This document shows positions 27,527 to 35,303 of a stretch of DNA of 64,000 nucleotides, one piece after another. The stretch is from Gammaproteobacteria bacterium (GTDB taxonomy: Bacteria; Pseudomonadota; Gammaproteobacteria; Pseudomonadales; JAUIET01), in the NCBI GenBank assembly GCA_030431775.1, contig JAUIHW010000001.1:70900-134899 (forward strand), written 5' to 3'. The position numbers and the translations under genes were made by a program. Each line of letters starts with the position of its first letter. The stretch's first letter is position 1. The notes beneath the pieces were generated by a model. That model saw nothing but the letters and a program-made list of their open reading frames with translations. It was not told where the DNA came from and did not search any database.

Positions 27527-28570
27527 ATGACCAGTATGATTTACGGTGCCTACGGTTACACGGGCACATTAGCCGTTGAACTTGCGGTAGAAGCTGGCGA
27601 CAAGCCGATTCTTGCTGGCCGCAGTGCCGACAGGCTAAAGCCACTTGCCGACAAATACGGACTAGAAGCACGCGCTTTTTCGTTGGATGACAACGCCAGT
27701 GCCAAGCAAGCCTTAAATGATGTTGCTGCGGTGTTTAACGCAGCAGGCCCATACTCATCAACTGCAGCTGCAATGACGTCGTTGTGCATGCAAACCAACA
27801 CGCATTATGTGGACGTAACGGCCGAAAGCGATGTAATCCTTGCTATGCAGGCACAAGACAAGGCGGCCAAGGAGGCTGGTGTGATGATTCTTCCTGTGAT
27901 GGGTGCTGGTGGAGGCCCACCAGACTGTGCCGCGGCCAAGCTCAAGCAACTATTACCTGATGCCACCGAACTGGAATTTTTTGGCGGTTCACTACAAAGC
28001 GTTTCACGCGGCACCGCTAAAAGCGCCATGGAAACCATTCATGTAGAAACCAAGGTCAGACGCAACGGTGCGCTTGTCAGCCTCAAGAAGCCCTTATTCA
28101 AAACCATCAATATCAATGGCAACCCAAGAGAAAGCGTGACCATGCCGTTGTGCGAGCCAATCATTTGCTATTGGTCGACAAAAATTCCCAATATCACCAC
28201 CTATGTAGAAAACGCCGGCGCGGTTAAGCAGATGAGTTCTATTCCGGGATTTGTAAAGAAGCTGCTTGGCACTCGAATTGGGCAGAAGTTCATGCTCAAG
28301 CAAATTGAAAAAAACCCCGTTGGGCCTTCTGAGGAAGAGCGTGCCGCCGGAGTGTATGCCAATGTCGGTGTGGTTAGAAATGCCGCTGGTGACGAAGTTT
28401 CCATCATGGCGCATGGCCCTGAAGGCTATACAATCACTGCCCTATCTGCGTTAGAAGCCTTGCGACGAGCCAGCGGCGGCTCTTTCATACAGGGCTATCA
28501 AACGGCATCAACCGCGTATGGCCCAGAATTTTTTGAGAGCATTCCAGGCTGCCGTTTTGAGCAGCTATAA
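27527..28570 (+). CDS. saccharopine-dehydrogenase-like NAD(P)-binding reductase
   Basis: This is track ORF 27425..28570. I moved the start to ATG 27527, 6 nt after GGAG. The N-terminal Rossmann motif is MIYGAYGYTGTLAVELAVEAG..PILAGRS, followed by HYVDVTAE, typical of the Sacchrp_dh_NADP family. Confidence 0.8.
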   Translation: MTSMIYGAYGYTGTLAVELAVEAGDKPILAGRSADRLKPLADKYGLEARAFSLDDNASAKQALNDVAAVFNAAGPYSSTAAAMTSLCMQTNTHYVDVTAESDVILAMQAQDKAAKEAGVMILPVMGAGGGPPDCAAAKLKQLLPDATELEFFGGSLQSVSRGTAKSAMETIHVETKVRRNGALVSLKKPLFKTININGNPRESVTMPLCEPIICYWSTKIPNITTYVENAGAVKQMSSIPGFVKKLLGTRIGQKFMLKQIEKNPVGPSEEERAAGVYANVGVVRNAAGDEVSIMAHGPEGYTITALSALEALRRASGGSFIQGYQTASTAYGPEFFESIPGCRFEQL

Positions 28571-28605
28571 CCAGAAACGTGTTAACTAAGAGTTAACTAT
28601 TAACA

Positions 28606-28640
28606 GGACAGGACAGGACAGGACAGGACAGGACAGGACA
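28606..28640. repeat. pentanucleotide microsatellite (GGACA)x7
   Basis: There are seven perfect tandem GGACA units, read directly from the sequence. They lie between the convergent genes 27527..28570(+) and 28774..29031(-). Confidence 0.97.
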
Positions 28641-28672
28641 AACCCGATGGCTCCCAAGCAATCATCGGGTTT
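28640..28672. terminator. hairpin AAACCCGATG-N13-CATCGGGTTT, candidate bidirectional terminator
   Basis: It has perfect 10-bp arms (28640-28649 and 28663-28672) with a 13-nt loop. Each arm ends in TTT on its own strand. It sits between convergent genes. The U-tract is short, so confidence is moderate. Confidence 0.45.
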
Positions 28673-28773
28673 GTAACTACGTTTTTAATAGGTTGCTATC
28701 TCCGTTGTTAGCTCCTGAACGATGCGGCAGTAACTTCACCAGCGCCATTCATACTCTAATTCACCGTGCCTAT

Positions 28774-29031
28774 CTACTTACCTGAAGACTTATCGATGAT
28801 CGACATTAAATATTTTTCGCCTATAAGGGAAGTATCATGATCTAACTCGGCAAGCTTCATGCCATCGGTTTTTACTTGGTCCATTTTCGCAGACTGCTCT
28901 CTTTCTGCCAAAGCTGCTACAGCACAGCTTTGCAAGTCCTGCGATACAGAATCAGCATTCGCAATCATGGATTGAGTAGCTGCAACGGTGATTAACCCAC
29001 ACTTCAACAAGCTTTGAATTGATACTGACAC
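28774..29031 (-). CDS. small hypothetical secreted protein (85 aa)
   Basis: The GTG start lies 7 nt after AGGAG. The N-terminus MSVSIQSLLKCGLITVAATQSMIANA/DS looks like a signal peptide with an AxA cleavage site. The region is AT-rich and I recognise no family. Confidence 0.45.
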   Translation of the reverse strand: MSVSIQSLLKCGLITVAATQSMIANADSVSQDLQSCAVAALAEREQSAKMDQVKTDGMKLAELDHDTSLIGEKYLMSIIDKSSGK

Positions 29032-29304
29032 AGTAAAACTCCTGCGATTAGCATTTGAAAAATTTCTATCACCAACGCTCTACAAGTCGATGCATACGTT
29101 GGCGATGTAAATACGCTACTCCCGTTACACTCTGATGAGAAGTTGTTGAAATGCACCGAATACTGAGCCACGTGGTGTCGATATTTGCATTTAAAGATAA
29201 ACCACAACGCACTCGAAAGTGCAGAATAATTCAGTATGTTAGATCATTTTTAAGGGGGGTAATTGTCAGTGCAAATTCTGGGTCAAATTCGGTGCAATTC
29301 AATA

Positions 29305-29476
29305 GCTTACCCACTTATCGCAGATTAACCCGCTGGCACAGCAGGCTGTGTCAAATAGTCGCTGCGCTCTATGTCATTCGTCCACGCTCGATAGTCCACC
29401 GAGTCCCATGGCATATTAACCGCGACACGACCTGATTCCAGGCGGTAGAAGCTGTGCACATTGGGGTAGGACCAAA
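29305..29476. repeat. direct repeat, copy B (3' end of the intact BVMO gene plus 20 nt of 3' flank)
   Basis: It pairs with 26153..26324, with 164 of 172 positions identical by my count. Confidence 0.95.
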
Positions 29477-31244
29477 CGGTCTTGCTAAGGGCTTCGCTCA
29501 GCCGTTGTTCGTAAGCGTCTGCGGCTTCTTGTTTGCACTCCAGGCTGCGGAGCTTGTCTTCCACCATCCAGCGCACGGCCTGCATGATGTAACGTACCTG
29601 GCATTCGCCGATGTAAATACAGTTGGTGGTGTGAGCAACATTGGTGTTGGGTCCGTACAGGCAGAAGAAGTTTGGAAACTGTGGCACGCTGATGCCAAGA
29701 TGGGCTTTGGGGATATCCTGCCAAACCTGGGCGAGATGTGTGTTCCCACGGCCGATAATGTCCAGTGGCCAGACAAAGCGGTCGGTTTGGAAGCCGGTTG
29801 CCCAGACAATCACGTCAGCCTCGGCGGTTTCGCCATTGGCGGCCACTAAAGTGTTGCCGTCAATCTGGCTGACCCGGTCGGCAATCAGGCGCACGTTGTC
29901 CTGTTGCAGGGTGGCCAACCAGCTGCCGTTGTCCTGCAGGGTGCGAGTGCCCATGGGCGGGTAGTCGGGAATGACTTTCTCCAGCAGTTCCGGGTCGTGT
30001 ACCTGGCTGCTGATGTAGGCAACCAGCCATTCGCGCATCATTTTATTCTCCGGCCCGCAGGACAGTCCGTTATCGTCCCAGTCCGGGTCAACCAGAATGC
30101 GCGGGCTGGCCTTGTCGCACATCGGCCACATGCTCATAATGCGATACCAGCGGGCGTAGCCGGGTAGATTGTCCAGGCACCAGGTGTGTTCTTCGGAAAC
30201 CCGGCTGTGGTAGTTGGGGTTCGGAAACATCCATTGCGGTGTGCGCTGAAACACTGTCAGCTCGCCGGCCATTTTTGCCAGCGCCGGCACCATTTGAAAC
30301 GCGGTTGCTCCGGAGCCAACCACTGCAACCCGTTTGCCGTTGACATCAACATTGTCGTCCCACTGAGCCGAGTGCATCTGGTGGCCGTTGAATTCTGCAC
30401 GGCCTGGTACATCCGGAATATTGGGGCGGTTCAGTTGCCCGACGGCGCTGACCAGAATATTGGCAACCACTTGCTGGTTCTTGCCGTCTTTGTGGTAGTC
30501 CACGTGCCACCGGGCAGTGGCTTCATCGTAGCGCGCGCTGTGGGCTTCCGCCTCGAAAACAATTGAACCATCCAGGTCATGGTGTTCGGCAACCCGGGCA
30601 AAATAGTCGCGCAGTTCCTGGTGCTCGCCAAACTCATGCTGCCAGTTCTGGCCGTGTTCAAAGGAGTAGGAATAGGCGTAGCTGGCAATGTCCACCCGAC
30701 AGCCCGGGTAGCGGTTTTCGTACCAGGTGCCACCCACACCGGCGTTTTTCTCCAACACGGTCACGTGAATGCCAGCCTCCTGCAGACGCAGTGCCAGCAT
30801 CAGGCCGGACATACCCGCTCCCACAATCACCGCGCTCAAGTCAGTCTGGCGGGCTGCTTCCGGGTCAATGGGCACCCGCTTCGGGTCGCTGGCGTTGATG
30901 TCCAGTTCCTCGAGCATCATGGCGCGGTACTTGGGCGGGAACTCGTCCAGGCCAGCCACAAAGGCCAACATGCGGTGCAAGGTATCCTCAGCAAGGTCCA
31001 ATACGGGCGGTTTGCCAGACGCGAAATACTCTTTGATAAGCTGCTTTGCCTGCGCGCGCACCGTGGCGAGTTCGGCCTCGCCAAGCCCACCCTGCATTTC
31101 CAGCATTTCCGGTACATCGGGCTTGATTGGCCCGTCCAGCAGTGACGAATCACCCGTCATATGGATCATGGCCATCATCAGGGCAGGCGTGCTGGCATCT
31201 GCGAGTGCTTTATCCAGAAAGTCGTCATCGGGCAGTGTGGACAT
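29325..31244 (-). CDS. flavin-dependent Baeyer-Villiger-type monooxygenase with ~130-aa N-terminal extension
   Basis: It has VIVGAGMSGLMLA (FAD site), GGTWYENRYPG, FNGHQMHSAQW (BVMO fingerprint) and VAVVGSGATAFQ (NADPH site). Confidence 0.9.
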   Translation of the reverse strand: MSTLPDDDFLDKALADASTPALMMAMIHMTGDSSLLDGPIKPDVPEMLEMQGGLGEAELATVRAQAKQLIKEYFASGKPPVLDLAEDTLHRMLAFVAGLDEFPPKYRAMMLEELDINASDPKRVPIDPEAARQTDLSAVIVGAGMSGLMLALRLQEAGIHVTVLEKNAGVGGTWYENRYPGCRVDIASYAYSYSFEHGQNWQHEFGEHQELRDYFARVAEHHDLDGSIVFEAEAHSARYDEATARWHVDYHKDGKNQQVVANILVSAVGQLNRPNIPDVPGRAEFNGHQMHSAQWDDNVDVNGKRVAVVGSGATAFQMVPALAKMAGELTVFQRTPQWMFPNPNYHSRVSEEHTWCLDNLPGYARWYRIMSMWPMCDKASPRILVDPDWDDNGLSCGPENKMMREWLVAYISSQVHDPELLEKVIPDYPPMGTRTLQDNGSWLATLQQDNVRLIADRVSQIDGNTLVAANGETAEADVIVWATGFQTDRFVWPLDIIGRGNTHLAQVWQDIPKAHLGISVPQFPNFFCLYGPNTNVAHTTNCIYIGECQVRYIMQAVRWMVEDKLRSLECKQEAADAYEQRLSEALSKTVWSYPNVHSFYRLESGRVAVNMPWDSVDYRAWTNDIERSDYLTQPAVPAG

Positions 31245-31377
31245 GGCATTGGGGGACCGTCAGAATTCAAATACAGCATACCACCGCAGGCCGGCCACAA
31301 TAGAATTACAATCGTGTTCGAATTTGCTCTGGCGATTAGTTCTGGGTTAGGTCCGCGACTGTAGTTGGCAGCACTTG

Positions 31378-31794
31378 TCAGGTGAACGGGTTGAGCAAGC
31401 GCACGCCCATCCCGTCAAAATCGCCGGTGTTACGAGTCACTAGCGTCAGATCGTTACTCAATGCGCTGGCCGCAATCTGCTTGTCAATCGCATTTTCGTA
31501 GCGTGGCACGCGCAAGCGGCCCCATAGCTGCGCATCGTCGCTGGTGAAATCTAAAATTCGGTCGGAATAGTCTTCCAGTAAGGCGCCCAGCCATTTTTCC
31601 AGTTGACTAGCCTGCGGGATATCTCCCCTATGCCTGATGAGCTCGATGCCGCGGCGTAACTCGCCAATTGTAATGACGCTCAGGTAGAGGAACGATTCCC
31701 TGGCTGACGCTTCTGTAAAGAAGGTTTGTACCCCGGCATTGGCTTTGTTGCGCTTGCGGCATTCACTGACAACATTGGTGTCAATCAAATACAT
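31378..31794 (-). CDS. vapC: type II toxin, PIN-domain ribonuclease of the VapC/FitB type
   Basis: MYLIDTNVVSE...SVITIGELRRG...IAASALSNDLTLVTRNTGDF...LLNPF parallels FitB/VapC, including the acidic PIN residues. The ATG at 31792-31794 overlaps the antitoxin stop by 14 nt. The track ORF extends to 31872. Confidence 0.85.
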   Translation of the reverse strand: MYLIDTNVVSECRKRNKANAGVQTFFTEASARESFLYLSVITIGELRRGIELIRHRGDIPQASQLEKWLGALLEDYSDRILDFTSDDAQLWGRLRVPRYENAIDKQIAASALSNDLTLVTRNTGDFDGMGVRLLNPFT

Positions 31795-32014
31795 TGGCAG
31801 CATCGCCAAGCTGCTTGCGCTCAAAATCTTCGTCTCTGCCAACCGCCGGTATGGCTTGCAGGACCTGAGCAAAGCTCTTCTTTTTCGGGCGTTTCAATGC
31901 CGCTTCCAATATTCTTCGGTGTTCCGCTTCAGCGCTGATACCGCGTTGCCCCGCGCGCGCTTTCAACGCTTTAACAATGTCGTCGTCAATATTGCGTACC
32001 ACTAGGTTTGCCAT
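31781..32014 (-). CDS. vapB: type II antitoxin, ribbon-helix-helix FitA/VapB type
   Basis: MANLVVRNIDDDIVKALKARAGQRGISAEAEHRRILEAAL is a typical FitA-like RHH N-terminus and is followed by an acidic tail. The gene lies immediately upstream of, and overlaps, the PIN toxin gene. Confidence 0.8.
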   Translation of the reverse strand: MANLVVRNIDDDIVKALKARAGQRGISAEAEHRRILEAALKRPKKKSFAQVLQAIPAVGRDEDFERKQLGDAANVFD

Positions 32015-32046
32015 TACCAATGTACCTCAGGGAGTATCAGCGAGAA

Positions 32047-32086
32047 TGATAGCAATGATTGCGCTTGGTTGCAATCATTGCTATCA
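32047..32086. promoter_or_regulatory. perfect 16-bp inverted repeat TGATAGCAATGATTGC-N8-GCAATCATTGCTATCA, candidate FitAB/VapBC autoregulatory operator
   Basis: I read it directly from the sequence. It lies 33-72 nt upstream of the antitoxin ATG, in the divergent intergenic region. The outer octamers TGATAGCA and TGCTATCA equal the half-site I remember for the Neisseria FitAB operator. Confidence 0.55.
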
Positions 32087-32134
32087 GTCACTGTGAGTTA
32101 TGATAGTGTGCCAAGGCAAAACATTGGAGTTCCC

Positions 32135-33142
32135 ATGAAGCAAGTACAAGTCAAGAAGCCCGGCGGGCTGGATAATCTCTTGCTCACTGAAGGCGAAGCG
32201 CGCGATCCTGGCCCCGGTGAAATTAAAGTGCGCGTGCACGCTTCCTCGCTAAACTTTCACGACTACGCGGTGGTGGTTGGCCTATTGCCGGTGGACGACG
32301 GGCGTATCCCGATGAGCGACGGCGCCGGGGTGGTGGAAGCCGTTGGCGCAGGCGTCACGGAGTTTGCCGTGGGCGATCATGTGATGAGTCACTTCTTTCC
32401 CGCCTGGCAGGACGGCCGTGCCGACTGTGCGGCGAAAGTTGGCTCGGTTCCGGGTGACATGATCGATGGCTTTGCCGCCGAGAGCGTGACCATGCCGGTG
32501 GCGGCATTTGGCAAGATGCCGCGAGGTTACAGCTTTGAACAGGCCGCGACTTTGCCGTGCGCGGCTCTGACCGCCTGGCGTGCGGTGGCCGTGGAAGCGC
32601 GTATTAAACCGGGCGACACGGTAGTCGTGCAGGGCAGCGGAGGAGTATCAGTGTTTGCACTGCAATTCGCCAAAGCCGCCGGCGCGCATGTGATAGCCAC
32701 TTCGTCATCTAACGAAAAACTGGAGCGGCTTCAGGCGCTTGGTGCCGACCAGCTGATCAACTACCGCGAGCATGAACACTGGGGCGACAAAGTGACAGAG
32801 CTTACCAATGGGCGCGGTGCTGACCTGATTGTCGAAATCGGCGGCTCGGGTACCTTGCCGCAGTCCATTCAGGCCGTTTGCATGGGTGGGCACATTTCGC
32901 TGATTGGGGTTTTAACTGGCTTCAGTGGAGATATGCCGGCTGCGGCGCTTTTTCAGAAGAATGCGGTCATCAGTGGGATTACCGTGGGCTCGCAGGCCCA
33001 CCAGCGTGATATGGTGACGGCGATAGAAACCAATGGCATTGAGCCAGTGATAGATCGCAGCTTTCCATTGGACGAAATTGCCGAGGCATTCCGCTTGCAG
33101 GAATCGCAGCAGCATTTCGGCAAGATCTGCCTGGCCTATTGA
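32135..33142 (+). CDS. zinc-type/MDR-family NAD(P)-dependent alcohol dehydrogenase / quinone oxidoreductase
   Basis: ATG 32135 lies 5 nt after GGAG. It has GEIKVRVHASSLNFHD, GDHV and the Rossmann motif VVVQGSGGVSVFALQFAKAAGA. Confidence 0.85.
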   Translation: MKQVQVKKPGGLDNLLLTEGEARDPGPGEIKVRVHASSLNFHDYAVVVGLLPVDDGRIPMSDGAGVVEAVGAGVTEFAVGDHVMSHFFPAWQDGRADCAAKVGSVPGDMIDGFAAESVTMPVAAFGKMPRGYSFEQAATLPCAALTAWRAVAVEARIKPGDTVVVQGSGGVSVFALQFAKAAGAHVIATSSSNEKLERLQALGADQLINYREHEHWGDKVTELTNGRGADLIVEIGGSGTLPQSIQAVCMGGHISLIGVLTGFSGDMPAAALFQKNAVISGITVGSQAHQRDMVTAIETNGIEPVIDRSFPLDEIAEAFRLQESQQHFGKICLAY

Positions 33143-33153
33143 GGAGACACATC

Positions 33154-34107
33154 GTGATTGTAAGAACAGCTACTTGTTTGGTTTTTCTGCTGGTGGCGCT
33201 GGCCGGCCCCCTAGCGGCTGAGGAGCATTGCAAACCCTCCAAATGGGGCGTTGATGATCAATTGGGTGGTGCCAATCACGTAAGCCCGGAAAACACCTTG
33301 CAGGCAGTGAAGCTGGTGAAGCGTGGCGAATCGCATCCTTTGGGCATCGTCATCGACCCGAACATGCCGGCTTTTCCACCACGCAAGATGATGCTGCAGG
33401 TGGTACAGCCCAACCAGCAGAATGGCCGCTCTTTGGAAAAGGATTTTGGCTGGCCCGCCGTGTTTAATGATGACGTCGCCCAGCTCTGGTGGGGCATAGG
33501 CCCGCAACTCGACGGCCTGGGCCATATGGGTGAGCATGGGGTTTATTACAATTGCAACAAGGCAGAGGACTTTTCGCTGCTTACCGGCTTGACCAAACTG
33601 GGCATTCACCAGATTCCGCCCATGGTCGGGCGCGGTGTGCTGATCAATATGGCCAAATACCATGGTGTTGAGCACATGGCTGGTGGTCAGGGCATCAGCA
33701 GTGCTGACATCAAGGCCGCGCTGAAGGCTCAGAAACTAACGCTGCAGAAGGGCGATGTGATTTTATTTCACACCGGCTGGACCGACGCCAAGCTGGAGGC
33801 CGCCCCTAGCGAGTGGGGCTCAACCCACCCCGGGCTCAGCAATGAAGCAGCTGTTTACCTCGCACAATTCGAACCAATGGCTGTGGGCGCCGACACCTGG
33901 GGCCTGGATGCCGTGCCGCCTGTTGAAGGCGACAAGCTGTTTTATGGGCACGTCACTTTTTTGAAGCACAATGGCATCTACATTCTGGAAACCATGAACA
34001 CCGGGCGCCTCGCTAAAGAGGGCGTCACGGAATTTCTGTTTGTGCTGGGCCAGGCCAGGGTCAAAGGCGCCGTGCAGATGATGATCAACCCGGTGGCGAT
34101 GTGGTGA
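33154..34107 (+). CDS. putative cyclase family protein (kynurenine-formamidase-like fold), exported
   Basis: GTG 33154 lies 7 nt after GAGGAG. It has a signal peptide (TATCLVFLLVALAGPLAA) and cyclase-like blocks QLDGLGHMGEHG and GDVILFHTGW...GADTWGLD. Confidence 0.65.
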   Translation: MIVRTATCLVFLLVALAGPLAAEEHCKPSKWGVDDQLGGANHVSPENTLQAVKLVKRGESHPLGIVIDPNMPAFPPRKMMLQVVQPNQQNGRSLEKDFGWPAVFNDDVAQLWWGIGPQLDGLGHMGEHGVYYNCNKAEDFSLLTGLTKLGIHQIPPMVGRGVLINMAKYHGVEHMAGGQGISSADIKAALKAQKLTLQKGDVILFHTGWTDAKLEAAPSEWGSTHPGLSNEAAVYLAQFEPMAVGADTWGLDAVPPVEGDKLFYGHVTFLKHNGIYILETMNTGRLAKEGVTEFLFVLGQARVKGAVQMMINPVAMW

Positions 34108-34162
34108 GGATGCTCTGGCCGCATGCTGCCTGGAATCAGCCAGCGAGGGCAAACGACGAAAG

Positions 34163-35227
34163 CTAGTCAGCCGCTGCCTCGCGGAATGAACCCGCGGTGC
34201 GTCCGGTCCATTGCTTGAAGCCTCGGTAAAAAGATCGGGGCTCAGCATAGCCCAGTTTGGCCGCGATGGTATCCAGGCTAAGCGATGTGTTTTCGAGGTA
34301 ATGTAAGGCCAGTTCCAGTCTTAACTCATTCAGCACAGTCTTGTAACTCGTCCCTTCTTCGGTGAGCTTTCGTTGTAAAGTACGCTCGCTCAGACCCAGA
34401 TTTTCGGCAATAAGAGTGGTGGAAGGCGGGTGCTCCTTGAGTATCAATCGCAGCAGGTTTTTGACCTGATGGGTTACGGACTGATTGCGGTCCAACTCTG
34501 CGAGCAGTTCGGTGGCATGCTCCAACAGCGTCTGCAGCAGTGCTTCGTTGGCTTGCGGCAAGGGTTCATCCAGTTTGGATGAAGGAATCAGAATGCCACT
34601 GGCGGCTTGTGAGAACGCCAGCTCGCAGTCGAAGTGAGCGTGATAGCTGTCCAACAATTCAGGTTTATCCGGTGCTGGGTGTTCAAACCAGACGGCTCGG
34701 GCAAAACTGGCGTCCATATCCAGAAATCGTCGCGTATAGGCGTACCATGAACCGATAACGGTTTCGACTTCGTGGCGCCTGGCGATCGGATTGCTGAACT
34801 GGCACTGCCATCGTTGCAGTACACAGTCGCCCTGACATTCGGTGGATGAAACCCCCATATCGCCGACGATTTTCTCATAAACTGGAATTTTTGCGAGTAC
34901 TTCACGGAGCGTCGAACAGTTCATTGAGATGTAGCCAAGTACGCTGTAGCTTGCTGGCTCGACATAGTGGGCGGCATGCAGGCCAAGACAGGGGTCAGCG
35001 CTGGCTTTAACCAAAAGTTCGATCAGTTGCTCCATTGCTGCGCTGGATACATGCTGGCGATTGTTCTGCAGCACAAGCGGATCAATACCTACTTGTATGA
35101 GCAATGGTGCAGCGTCGATACCATGGGCTTCAGCAGCTCTCAGGTACTGTTTGACAGCGGGTACGGATGCGAGCCCGGTTTGAGCCGGTCGAGTCTCGTC
35201 GTTTGTGGCAGAAAATGTGACTGTCAT
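34163..35227 (-). CDS. AraC-family transcriptional regulator (Arabinose_bd-type N-domain)
   Basis: It has a C-terminal HTH pair (...IAAKLGYAEPRSFYRGFKQWTGRTAGSF). The architecture matches the regulator at 20190..21188. I chose ATG 35227 as the start. TTG 35257 is an alternative. Confidence 0.8.
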   Translation of the reverse strand: MTVTFSATNDETRPAQTGLASVPAVKQYLRAAEAHGIDAAPLLIQVGIDPLVLQNNRQHVSSAAMEQLIELLVKASADPCLGLHAAHYVEPASYSVLGYISMNCSTLREVLAKIPVYEKIVGDMGVSSTECQGDCVLQRWQCQFSNPIARRHEVETVIGSWYAYTRRFLDMDASFARAVWFEHPAPDKPELLDSYHAHFDCELAFSQAASGILIPSSKLDEPLPQANEALLQTLLEHATELLAELDRNQSVTHQVKNLLRLILKEHPPSTTLIAENLGLSERTLQRKLTEEGTSYKTVLNELRLELALHYLENTSLSLDTIAAKLGYAEPRSFYRGFKQWTGRTAGSFREAAAD

Positions 35228-35303
35228 GTCGCCGAAAGACAGTGATCGTAAGTGCAACGAATCGTATCATATTGCTCGCACTAAACCGGTTTTGGAGGCA
35301 GCG

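Noticed and set aside
28606-28640. A tandem repeat, considered as a possible CRISPR or minisatellite.
   Set aside because: The unit is only 5 nt, there are no spacers, and no cas genes are present. It is a simple microsatellite, reported as such.
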